Source: an uncultured Thermoleophilia bacterium
GTDB lineage: Bacteria; Actinomycetota; Thermoleophilia; UBA2241
Assembly: GCA_963736645.1 (NCBI GenBank)
Contig: CAVTPJ010000002.1
Coordinates: 2,879 to 66,878 of the forward strand
DNA length: 64,000 bases
Reading direction: 5' to 3'
The notes under the pieces are model-generated. The model was not told the DNA's origin and searched no databases. It saw nothing but the letters and a program-made list of their open reading frames with translations. Made by a program: the position numbers and the translations under genes. How positions within the stretch are numbered: the first letter of the stretch is position 1; each line of letters starts with the position of its first letter. Shown one piece after another: positions 9,701-17,883 of the stretch.

Positions 9701-11512
9701 ATGCGCTTGAGCCAGCTGCTTCTGCCCACCGTCAAAGAGGATCCGGCCGGCGCGGAGGCCGTGAGCCACAAGCTCATGGTCCGCGCCGGCCTCGTGCGCC
9801 AGCTCGCCGCCGGCATCTACGTGTACCTGCCGGCCGGCTGGCGCGTCATGCAGAAGATCGAGCAGATCATCCGCGAGGAGATGGACGCGATCGGCTGCCA
9901 GGAGATGCTCATGCCCGTCCTGCAGCCGGCGGAGATCTGGCAGGAGAGCGGCCGCTGGGACGACATCGGCGGCGAGATGTTCCGCCTCAAGGACCGCAAG
10001 AACGCGGACATGGCGCTGGCGATGACCCACGAAGAGGTGGTCACCTGGCTCGCGGCCAGGGAGATCCACAGCTACAAGCAGCTGCCGCAGATGTGGTACC
10101 ACTTCCAGACCAAGGAGCGCGACGAGGCCCGCCCCAAGAGCGGCGTCCTGCGCACGCGCGAGTTCATCATGAAGGACGCCTACAGCCTCGACGTGAGCGA
10201 CGAGGGCCTGCAGCAGAGCTACCGCAAGCACATCGCCGCCTACGACCGCATCTACGCACGCTGCGGCCTCGAGTGCATGATGGTCGAGGGCGACTCCGGC
10301 ATGATGGGCGGCGCGATCAGCCACGAGTACATGGCCTACGCCGACGCCGGCGAGGACGAGATCGTCTTCTGCCGCGAGTGCGGCTACGCGTCCAACGTCG
10401 AGACCGCCGTCGCCGGCGCCGACCTGGAGCCTCCGGCGAGCGAGCTCGAGCCCAAGGGCTCGGGCGAGGCGCCGTTCGCCAAGGCCACCGGCGCCCCGGT
10501 CGACCTGCTCGCCGCCGCCGAGCTGGACACCCCCGACTGCAAGACCATCGAGCAGGTGGCCGCGTACCTCGGCCTGCCGGCGCGCGCCTTCGTCAAGGCG
10601 CTCGTCGTCGTGCCGGAGGGCGGGGGAGAGGCCGGAGCGGCTTCGGCCGCCGGCCCCGGCGGCGCGGCCGCCGCCGCCGGCCCGGTCATGGTGCTCGTGC
10701 GCGGCGACCACGAGCTCGGCGAGCTCAAGCTGCGCAAGACGCTCGGCGCCGACTTCCGCATGGCGACGCCCGAGGAGGTGCTCGAGGCCCAGGGCGTCGA
10801 GCCCGGCTTCGTCGGCCCCGTGCCCACGCCGCTGCCCGTCTTCGCCGACGAGGCGCTGCGCCGGGGCTCCTACGTCGCCGGCGCCAACAAGCCCGGCTAT
10901 CACCGCAGCGGCGTCACGCTCGAGCAGGTGCCGCAGGCCGCGTTCACCGACCTGCGCGACGCGCGCCCGGGCGATCCGTGCGCGCACTGCGCGGGCGAGC
11001 TGCAGGGTGCGCGCGTGATCGAGGTCGGCAACATCTTCCAGCTCGGCCTCAAGTACTCCGTGCCCATGGGGGCGACGTTCCTGGACGAGGACGGCAAGGA
11101 ACGTCCCATCGTCATGGGCAGCTACGGCATCGGCCTCGCGCGCATCGCCGCCGCGGCCGTGGAGCAGCACCACGACGACAACGGCATCTGCTGGCCCGCG
11201 AGCATCGCGCCGTTCGGGGTGCACCTCGTGCTGGTGCGCGCCTCCGACGAGACGCAGCGGGCGCTGGCCGACGACCTGTACGCGCGCCTGTGCGCCGAGG
11301 GCCTCGACGTCCTGTACGACGACCGGGACATGAGCCCGGGCATCAAGTTCAAGGACGCCGACCTGCTCGGCTGCCCCGTGCAGGTGGTCGTCGGCAAGCG
11401 CGCCGGCGAGGGGGTCGTCGAGCTCAAGGAGCGCGTGAGCGGCGAGCGGCGCGACCTCCCGGTCGCGGATCTCGCCGCCGCCCTCGAGGATCTCCTCGCG
11501 CCCTCCGCGTAA
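9701..11512 (+). CDS. proS: Proline--tRNA ligase, bacterial type with INS editing domain
   Basis: MRLSQLLLPTVKEDPAGAEAVSHKLMVRAGLVRQLAAGIYVYLPAGWRV...REFIMKDAYSLD...GNIFQLGLKYS...GSYGIGLARI. Full-length intact ORF. Confidence 0.95.
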   Translation: MRLSQLLLPTVKEDPAGAEAVSHKLMVRAGLVRQLAAGIYVYLPAGWRVMQKIEQIIREEMDAIGCQEMLMPVLQPAEIWQESGRWDDIGGEMFRLKDRKNADMALAMTHEEVVTWLAAREIHSYKQLPQMWYHFQTKERDEARPKSGVLRTREFIMKDAYSLDVSDEGLQQSYRKHIAAYDRIYARCGLECMMVEGDSGMMGGAISHEYMAYADAGEDEIVFCRECGYASNVETAVAGADLEPPASELEPKGSGEAPFAKATGAPVDLLAAAELDTPDCKTIEQVAAYLGLPARAFVKALVVVPEGGGEAGAASAAGPGGAAAAAGPVMVLVRGDHELGELKLRKTLGADFRMATPEEVLEAQGVEPGFVGPVPTPLPVFADEALRRGSYVAGANKPGYHRSGVTLEQVPQAAFTDLRDARPGDPCAHCAGELQGARVIEVGNIFQLGLKYSVPMGATFLDEDGKERPIVMGSYGIGLARIAAAAVEQHHDDNGICWPASIAPFGVHLVLVRASDETQRALADDLYARLCAEGLDVLYDDRDMSPGIKFKDADLLGCPVQVVVGKRAGEGVVELKERVSGERRDLPVADLAAALEDLLAPSA

Positions 11513-11581
11513 GCAGCCCTGACAACACCACAAGTGTTTTCACTCAAGTATCCGCCTCCATGGGCGATACCTGTTACTGCA

Positions 11582-12031
11582 ATGAGCGCCATGTATACAA
11601 CGCCGATCGCCAGGAACAGGTTCTCCCAGGAGAGGTTCCCTGCCGCTCTCAAGGGTCTCATGGAGGAGCGGCATCTGAGTTACCGCCAGCTGGCCTACAA
11701 GACCAAGCTCTCGGCGGGCTACCTCAACCACCTCACCAAGGGCACGCGCCCGGTCCCCGCCGATCAGGTGATGGCGATCATCGCCGAGTCGCTCTGCGTC
11801 GCACCGGACTTCTTCCTCGAGTATCGCCTGCGCCAGGTGGCCTGCGTGCTCGACCAGGCTCCGGTGCTGGCGGACAAGCTCTACGGCATCCTGCTGCGCG
11901 ACCTTCCCGTGCCCGACGACATCGCCGAGACCCTCAAGCGCCCGCGCAACGGGGGCAACGGCGGTAGCGGCGGGGACGAGGGCGGCAACGGCGGGAGCGC
12001 CAGCCCCGGCGCCACCACCGTCGGTATCTGA
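11582..12031 (+). CDS. XRE-family helix-turn-helix transcriptional regulator with a Gly/Asn-rich tail
   Basis: LKGLMEERHLSYRQLAYKTKLSAGYLNHLTKGTRPVP is an HTH_3-type motif. The start is uncertain (ATG at 11582 or 11591, ORF open from 11534). Confidence 0.65.
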   Translation: MSAMYTTPIARNRFSQERFPAALKGLMEERHLSYRQLAYKTKLSAGYLNHLTKGTRPVPADQVMAIIAESLCVAPDFFLEYRLRQVACVLDQAPVLADKLYGILLRDLPVPDDIAETLKRPRNGGNGGSGGDEGGNGGSASPGATTVGI

Positions 12032-12067
12032 GCGGCGGCATCCTCCGCCGCGCTCACGGGCGCTCCC

Positions 12068-12544
12068 TTAGCACTCGCTGGTCTCCAGCGCCTCCAGCGC
12101 GGGGTGAAGCCTGCCCATCGTGACGCTCATCGCTTCGAGCTCCGGGTCGGCGGGCAGCCGTCCCGCGAGCAGGGCGTCGACCACTCTCGCCGCGGCGCGG
12201 CAGGTGTCGAGCGCCGCTCCGGCCAGCTCAAGCTCCCCGCCGAAGGGCCCGTAGCCGTGATCCTTGCCGGCGATGAAGAAGGCGACGCGGCCTCTCAGGT
12301 AGTGGTCGATCACTTCCAGCCGCTCGAGGGCCTTCTCCAGCGCCTGCTCGTGCCAGGGTGAAAGCGGGCCGCCGCCGGGCGCGGCCTTCAGGGGGCCATC
12401 GTCGGACGTGACGAAGCCGACGATGGCGAGCAGCTCGTGCGCCGCGTCGGGGAGCTCGAGCCGCGGCGGATGCGGTCGGGCCTCATCCTCGTGACCAGGC
12501 TCTGCCGGCGCGCCGGGTACCGGCTCTTGTGATCCCGTGTTCAT
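12068..12544 (-). CDS. Hypothetical protein
   Basis: 171-codon ORF with good third-position GC. ATG (MNTGSQ...) at 12544. No motif recognised. It sits downstream of the small membrane protein gene on the same strand. Confidence 0.45.
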   Translation of the reverse strand: MNTGSQEPVPGAPAEPGHEDEARPHPPRLELPDAAHELLAIVGFVTSDDGPLKAAPGGGPLSPWHEQALEKALERLEVIDHYLRGRVAFFIAGKDHGYGPFGGELELAGAALDTCRAAARVVDALLAGRLPADPELEAMSVTMGRLHPALEALETSEC

Positions 12545-12643
12545 GGGCCTCGTAGCTGGGAGCGGACGGTCGGGTGGTCCCACGTACAGCGTACCTCATA
12601 TCCGGCGTCGCACAACGGTTTACCGTGATCGCCCGCCCGGTCG

Positions 12644-13015
12644 TCATCCGTCGGCCTGCGGACGGGGATAGAACACCGTGAAGAGGACCGGAGCGGCGAC
12701 GGCAAGGGGGAGGACCATCCAGGCGGGGTCGGCAGTGTGATCCTCGAATGCAAGCCGGTAGGCGATGGCCAGCACCGACATCGACGTGAACGCGATGATC
12801 ACCAGGATCATCACCCGGTTCTGCCACGGGTCGCGGGCGGCGGCCAAGGCGCCGAGGGCCATGGCCAGGAGCGCGGCGGCGAGGATCTTGCCCGACGTGG
12901 TGTTGGCGAGCTCACCCGCCCGCGCGAACGCGAACAGCAGCGGTATGGCCACGGCCACGCTGCCGACGGCATAGAGCACGAGCAACGCCTGCGCGATCCT
13001 GTTCCTGTGCAGCAC
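12644..13015 (-). CDS. Small integral membrane protein (about 4 TM segments)
   Basis: Four hydrophobic spans: IAQALLVLYAVGSVAVAIPLLFAF, ILAAALLAMALGALAAA, VMILVIIAFTSMSVLAIAY and WMVLPLAVAAPVLFTVF. Confidence 0.6.
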   Translation of the reverse strand: MLHRNRIAQALLVLYAVGSVAVAIPLLFAFARAGELANTTSGKILAAALLAMALGALAAARDPWQNRVMILVIIAFTSMSVLAIAYRLAFEDHTADPAWMVLPLAVAAPVLFTVFYPRPQADG

Positions 13016-13234
13016 GGAGGTCTCCTGTCCGCCTCGTCGGGTCTCAGGAGAATCCAGCTTAGCAGGTCGCGCCGAGGCGGCTCACCCCGGCTCTGAAGAG
13101 CCCCCAGGAGGAGTCTCCCGCCTTGCCCACCCGTTTGTTCAGCTCCGACGCGGCGAGAGAGGCGGCGGTGCCTCTGTCCGGTCCGGACACCGAGCGGCGC
13201 CCGCTTCCTGATCCACAGTCCCTTCTTGGCGTGG

Positions 13235-14419
13235 CTAGACCTTCACGCTGAAGTACCGCCACGCGGACGCCTTGCGCGGATGCAGCTGGTCGGCGAGATG
13301 GATGGCGCGGACCCGCCAGCGCATGCTGCCGCTGCCGTAGCCGTAGAAGCTGTAGGAGACCTTGTAGCGCGTGTAGCCGCTGTAGTTCCTGTTGACGGGA
13401 CGCATGGTGCCGGCGGCGCGCCACCGGCCACCCGAGTACTTCTGCCACTCCACCTTGACCGTCTGGTCGCCGGCGTAGTGGAGCGGCCGGAGGGTGCCGT
13501 AGGAGGTGTACCTGCGTCCCGAGACCGCCCTCAGAGGCACCGCCGGCGGGGTGATGCGCACCGCGGTGGTGGACGGCGACTGGACGTTGGCGGCAAGCGT
13601 GTACGCACCGTTGCTCACGTCGGTACCGTCGGACCAGACGTTGATGTAGTAGGTCCCTCCCGCCCCGGTGGGGACGATGTACTTGAAGCTCTCGGTGCCG
13701 CTGTAGTGCATGGAACGGATCAGCGAGTCGTAGGGGTCTGAGAAGTCCGTGGTGCCGCGCGCCCAGAGGCAGAGGTCGAAGTCCTCCGAGCCGGGCGGGT
13801 ACATGGAGACGATGAGCTGTTGGCGGGCCGCCAGGTCGATCCGCCACAGGTCGTTGTACGCCGGCTCCGTCAGGGCGTCGGCGAACTTCATGGCCGGTAG
13901 GGGCAGGGCGTCGGCGCCAGGCTGCTGCACCGCGGCGGTGAGCCGGTAGCTGGCGTCGGTCGGCGTGTCGAAGGACCAGACGTCGATGTAGTAGGTCCCA
14001 GACGCGCCGTCGGGGACCAGGTACCTGATGCTCTCCGCGCCGCTGAAGTGCCACGAGATGGCGACGGCATTGCTGTGGTACGAGAAATCAGTGGTGCCGG
14101 GAGCCCAGAGGCAGAGGTCGAAATCCTCGCTCGCCGGCGGGTACATGGTGACGACGATCTCCTGGCCGGCGGCTGCCTGCACGGTCCACAGGTCCTCGTA
14201 CTCCGTCGCCGCGAGTGCGTCGGTGAAGTCCGGACCCGGCAGCGGCAGCGCATCGCCCGCGGTGACGCTCAGCGGCCCGGGCAGGTCGGCACGCGCCGCG
14301 TCCTCAGCGCCCTTGGCGGCCGGCGGCCCGGTCCCCGATGCCGCCAGTGCCGTGCTCACCGGCAGGAACAGGGCGCACAACGCGCACACAAGGATGAATG
14401 CGACTGGCGGCTTTCTCAT
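13235..14419 (-). CDS. Secreted protein with two tandem pre-peptidase C-terminal (PPC)-like domains and a C-terminal Ig-like module
   Basis: ATG at 14419, signal peptide MRKPPVAFILVCALCALFLPVSTALA. Two similar ~110-aa units carry ...DLW.....A.Q..VV.MYPP.SEDFDLCLWA.GTTDFS...GTYYI.VWS.. (PPC-like D-x-D-L-x-L signature). Confidence 0.75.
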   Translation of the reverse strand: MRKPPVAFILVCALCALFLPVSTALAASGTGPPAAKGAEDAARADLPGPLSVTAGDALPLPGPDFTDALAATEYEDLWTVQAAAGQEIVVTMYPPASEDFDLCLWAPGTTDFSYHSNAVAISWHFSGAESIRYLVPDGASGTYYIDVWSFDTPTDASYRLTAAVQQPGADALPLPAMKFADALTEPAYNDLWRIDLAARQQLIVSMYPPGSEDFDLCLWARGTTDFSDPYDSLIRSMHYSGTESFKYIVPTGAGGTYYINVWSDGTDVSNGAYTLAANVQSPSTTAVRITPPAVPLRAVSGRRYTSYGTLRPLHYAGDQTVKVEWQKYSGGRWRAAGTMRPVNRNYSGYTRYKVSYSFYGYGSGSMRWRVRAIHLADQLHPRKASAWRYFSVKV

Positions 14420-14780
14420 GGCCGGCCTCCCCCTCGGGTCCCCGACGGCTCGGAGAGCCGTCACTCGAGCAGCTCGCGCCGGCAGGCCGGCGGTGAGCCA
14501 GCTCACTCGGAGTGTACTGCCGCGGCCCGACGTTGTCCGTTGAACGTAGCCAGCCTGGGCAACGGTCTGCAGGGGAACGCCTACGGCAACCGTCTCGAGG
14601 CGCCGGCGATAGCCGACCACATCATGCAGAACGACCTGCTGTAGTGGAGGGCACTCAGGAGTATCATCATCGCTGTCACGGCAGGCGATCATGGTACCGC
14701 CGCGCGGGGGCCGGTCGAACAGCGCACCGGTCGCGGGCCTGACGCCCTCGCGCACCGAGCGGTACGGGAGGGGGGAGATC

Positions 14781-15287
14781 GTGAAGCGCCAGCCAGGCGG
14801 CAAGCAGTGGAAGAGGATCAAGTTCCGCGGCAAGTGGGCATGGCGCAAGCTCGTCGTGCAGCTCGCCGATCCTCACGACCGTCCGGCGCTCTTACGCAGG
14901 CAGGGCGCCACCATAGGCGAAGGCTGCTACATCATCACCAAGTACCTCGGTACCGAGCCACAGCTCGTGACGATCGGCGACCGCTGCCTGATCGCCGGGG
15001 GAGTGCTCTTCTTCACTCATGATGCAGCCACGTGGTCGTGTGGCATCCCCACCGTGTTCGGCGATATCGTCATCGGTAGCGACGTTTTCATCGGCGCCAA
15101 CGTCGTGCTGCTCCCCAGAACTCGAATCGGTGACAACGCCATCGTCGGAGCTGGGGCCGTGGTGAGCGGAGAGGTGCCGGCGGGCACGGTCTACGCCGGC
15201 AACCCCGCGAGGCAGATCTGCACTGTCGAAGAGTATCGCGACAAGCAGATGCGAAGACGGCAGGCACAGGGGCACGGCGGGCCCTGA
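14781..15287 (+). CDS. Hexapeptide-repeat O-acetyltransferase (maltose/galactoside acetyltransferase-like)
   Basis: GTG at 14781 preceded by gggaggggggag. VTIGDRCLIAGGVLFFTHD...VIGSDVFIGANVVLLPRTRIGDNAIVGAGAVVSGEVPAGTVYAGNPARQI. Confidence 0.8.
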   Translation: MKRQPGGKQWKRIKFRGKWAWRKLVVQLADPHDRPALLRRQGATIGEGCYIITKYLGTEPQLVTIGDRCLIAGGVLFFTHDAATWSCGIPTVFGDIVIGSDVFIGANVVLLPRTRIGDNAIVGAGAVVSGEVPAGTVYAGNPARQICTVEEYRDKQMRRRQAQGHGGP

Positions 15288-15301
15288 GACGACGTGCTAG
15301 C

Positions 15302-15335
15302 GCGAGCGGGCGGGGCGATCGCCCCACCCGCTCGC
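15302..15335. terminator. Strong GC hairpin between convergent genes (putative bidirectional terminator)
   Basis: gcgagcggg (15302-15310) pairs with cccgctcgc (15327-15335). They enclose the palindrome ggggcgatcgcccc. The hairpin lies between the stops at 15287 (+) and 15356 (-). Confidence 0.6.
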
Positions 15336-15355
15336 GATCCTTCCGGGGGCGTCGA

Positions 15356-15868
15356 TCAGTTCGGCGTGATCTGGATCCACTTCGCCCAGCCACGGGCGAA
15401 GCTGTAGGCGGCCATGGTCGCATCGCCGCAGCAGGAGCACGGATGCGTGGCCCAAGCAGTCTCCTCGAAGCAGATGCACGGGTTCACGACGACCGCGTGG
15501 GCTGCGATCACGAGCGGCGCCGCACCTTGCGCATGACAGTCGATCGTGAAGGTCGTGGCGTTAGTCCACGGATAGCTCTTCAGCGGGAACTTGCCCGGGG
15601 CTGCCGCACCGGCAGGGTTCACCGGGATGCCCTCGGCGCTGTGCGCGACCGCGAGGTGCACTTCCTTGAGCTTGTAACCCGCTTTGAGGTCGTATGTGAT
15701 GGTCAGCGTCGGCGCCGACGTGTCGTGCGTGATCCACAGGTCGCCGACGTACATGTTCTGTCCCGCGTACAGACCGACTCTGCAGACGGTCTCGGTGGCG
15801 AGCGCCGGCGCGGCAAACAGGCCGATCGCCACCATCGTCACGATCACCAGGAACAGGATGCGCTTCAT
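15356..15868 (-). CDS. Secreted hypothetical protein with a Cys-rich C-terminal part
   Basis: Signal peptide MKRILFLVIVTMVAIGLFAAPALA. C-terminal ...NPCICFEETAWATHPCSCCGDATMAAYSFARGWAKWIQI. No family name recognised with confidence. Confidence 0.6.
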   Translation of the reverse strand: MKRILFLVIVTMVAIGLFAAPALATETVCRVGLYAGQNMYVGDLWITHDTSAPTLTITYDLKAGYKLKEVHLAVAHSAEGIPVNPAGAAAPGKFPLKSYPWTNATTFTIDCHAQGAAPLVIAAHAVVVNPCICFEETAWATHPCSCCGDATMAAYSFARGWAKWIQITPN

Positions 15869-16123
15869 GAGGTACCCCCAATCGTCATGTGAAGTGCGCT
15901 GCGCCGTCTGTCCGGGGCACGGGTCTGATGCGCTCAGCCGAGCCGTCGCCGGCTGCGATGATGCCTCGTCAGCACCCCCCCTCTCTGCTCAGATCGGAAG
16001 CCCGGCCCGCACCCTGCGTCCCGACATGCGCAGGCCCATGGTCGCCCATGGCGCGTCCTGGGTAAAGGCGTTGCCGTTGTCTCGCGTGGCTATGCTGCGG
16101 GAAACGCGGAAGGATGCCTGCGG

Positions 16124-16360
16124 TCAGATGGAATGCACCGTCGTCATCACGGTCGGGCATGGCGACAGAGGCGCCCTGGTCTCTGCGGCTCGCCTGGTGG
16201 ACGAGGCCCGGCAGTAGAGTTCGGTGGCCGCTCTCTGGGCGTCGAAGCGAAGGCCACACTCGTGAAGAGGGTCGCATTCGGCGGGCGCGACGATGGAGAG
16301 CACGATGGACAGGAGTTCCTCGCTCGTCAACTCCTCGATCTCGGGGAAGTGATCCATCAT
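16124..16360 (-). CDS. Candidate small ORF (78 aa), possible substrate peptide or accessory protein of the upstream ligase operon. Speculative.
   Basis: ATG-ATG at 16360 preceded by aaggggtggag, 63 nt after the AsnB-like stop. Sequence: MMDHFPEIEELTSEELLSIVLSIVAPAECDPLHECGLRFDAQRAATELYCRASSTRRAAETRAPLSPCPTVMTTVHSI. Third-position GC is high in the first half and weaker in the second. Confidence 0.35.
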   Translation of the reverse strand: MMDHFPEIEELTSEELLSIVLSIVAPAECDPLHECGLRFDAQRAATELYCRASSTRRAAETRAPLSPCPTVMTTVHSI

Positions 16361-16422
16361 CGGCTCCACCCCTTTCGCGCAATCCAGCGATACCGTCATG
16401 CCACATCGCAAGGATTCGCCGT

Positions 16423-17883
16423 TCAACGGTGCTTACCTCGTTGAGCAGGGGAATCTGCCGTCTGCCCGCGTCTGACCCGATCGCGCCGTCGCAGGAGTGA
16501 CTCGATCGGCTTCAGCGTAAGGTACGCATTGTAGGCGAGCGGGCGCTGCTGCCGTACCCCCGTCCACTCGAGCGCCTTCACGGCGCGCCGGAACGGGTGC
16601 ACATCGGCCAGCCTCCACATCACCTCGGAAGGGAGCCCGAGGCGGCCGACGTTGCGGTTGATCCAGCGCACGTAGTCCGGCCGGACGACCTCGCTGAGCA
16701 AGGCCTCGTCGAGCGGCCTCAGCGGCACCCGGCGCATCGCGCGCAGGTTCAGGGTGTTGCGGTGGTCAGCCGCTGGGGGATGGGACTCGAGATCGACGCC
16801 CTGGCGGGCGAAGAACTCGCGCTGCCAACGGCGGTCCCGGCGAAGCTCCGCCGGCAGCGTGAGCATGCGCATCGCCAGCTCGATATCCAGAAACGGCCCC
16901 TTCGGCTGCAGGCCGAGCGAGGCCGGCACGGACAGCAGATACGACAGCAGCACCATGCGTAGGCGCGTCACCGTGAACACCCGTGGCAGCACCTCGGTCC
17001 GGAGGCGCGGTGTCGTCTCCAGCAGCCGCAGCATCCCCAGCTGCTCGCTGCTGAAGGCGCTGTACCGGGAGTCGGCGTTCATGGCGGGGTAGCGGAACAC
17101 CGCGTAGGCCTCGGCCGGCTCGCGCAGCGTCGCGATGCTCCGAACGACTCTGTCGACGCCCGCGAACCGCTCCCCGCAAGCGCCGGAAAGCAGGAGGCGG
17201 GCCGCCGGGATCCGTTCGCGGATCTGGCGGTAGAACTCGATCTGGTACATGCCATGCGCGTGCGTCGACGGGCCAAACAGGGCGTCCCACTCGTCGAAGT
17301 AGGTGTGGAAGGAGCCGATGGGGACGAGGTCCCACCGCACGCGCAGCCGCCGCGCGAGCTCGGCTGCCTTCACCGCCTCGACCGAGCGGGCGGGATCGTC
17401 GCTCACCCCGAAGGTGACCGCGCGAACGCGCTTCTTGTCGGTCAGCAGCACGTTGATGAGCCGGGAATCGAAGCCGCCGCTCGTCGGCACGAGTATCTCT
17501 CCATCGCCGGCGGCGCAGTCGTTGATCTTGGCGCTGGCCACCTCGAGCACCTCGTCGACCGTGCTCCTTCGCTCCAGCCACTCCCAGGCCGGATCGTCGA
17601 GGTACTCCACGCGCAGCCCATCCGGGCCCGAGAGCAGGCGCGACGAGTAGCGAAGCATCCGCACGTCACGCACAGGTGTACGTTCGAAGACGCAGTAGCC
17701 GAAGTCGAGGTAGTCGTTGAAGCCCTCGGGGTCGAACTCGAGCTCGGGCAGGTCGATGACGGCGTTGATCGAGTGGCCGGCGCGGCCGGTCCGCACGTTG
17801 TAGAAGAAGGGGCGGCTCGCCAGCCAGTCGGACTCGTAGATCAGCTCCTCCGGCGCGACGGACGCATCCCGGCGCGCGCTCAA
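16423..17883 (-). CDS. Asparagine-synthetase-like PP-loop ATP pyrophosphatase lacking the N-terminal glutaminase domain
   Basis: GEILVPTSGGFDSRLINVLL is the SGGxDS PP-loop of the AsnB C-terminal domain. The only in-frame start near the expected N-terminus is a TTG at 17883, overlapping the upstream TGA (TTGA). No Cys2 Ntn-glutaminase region is present. Confidence 0.7.
   Translation of the reverse strand: MSARRDASVAPEELIYESDWLASRPFFYNVRTGRAGHSINAVIDLPELEFDPEGFNDYLDFGYCVFERTPVRDVRMLRYSSRLLSGPDGLRVEYLDDPAWEWLERRSTVDEVLEVASAKINDCAAGDGEILVPTSGGFDSRLINVLLTDKKRVRAVTFGVSDDPARSVEAVKAAELARRLRVRWDLVPIGSFHTYFDEWDALFGPSTHAHGMYQIEFYRQIRERIPAARLLLSGACGERFAGVDRVVRSIATLREPAEAYAVFRYPAMNADSRYSAFSSEQLGMLRLLETTPRLRTEVLPRVFTVTRLRMVLLSYLLSVPASLGLQPKGPFLDIELAMRMLTLPAELRRDRRWQREFFARQGVDLESHPPAADHRNTLNLRAMRRVPLRPLDEALLSEVVRPDYVRWINRNVGRLGLPSEVMWRLADVHPFRRAVKALEWTGVRQQRPLAYNAYLTLKPIESLLRRRDRVRRGQTADSPAQRGKHR

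Noticed and set aside
9590-11533. Very long antisense ORFs opposite proS (9590-11533), the NDP-sugar gene (33682-34980, 34987-36282), dapL/dapF (44947-47256), ftsK (59615-62683), the ligase cassette (18288-20729) and others
   Set aside because: These are typical stop-poor shadow frames of a ~70% GC genome. Their products are Arg/Gly/Ala/Asp-rich with no motifs. The opposite strand carries unmistakable conserved proteins.
11582-12544. XRE-HTH gene plus neighbouring hypothetical gene as a toxin-antitoxin pair
   Set aside because: The two genes are convergent (+ and -), not co-transcribed. Neither resembles a known toxin fold by eye.
16124-17883. Lasso-peptide system (AsnB-like cyclase plus adjacent small peptide)
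   Set aside because: No transglutaminase-like leader protease or RRE/PqqD-like gene is nearby. The small ORF also lacks the Thr(-2) / Gly-Ala-Ser-Cys(1) ... Asp/Glu(7-9) arrangement required for the macrolactam ring.
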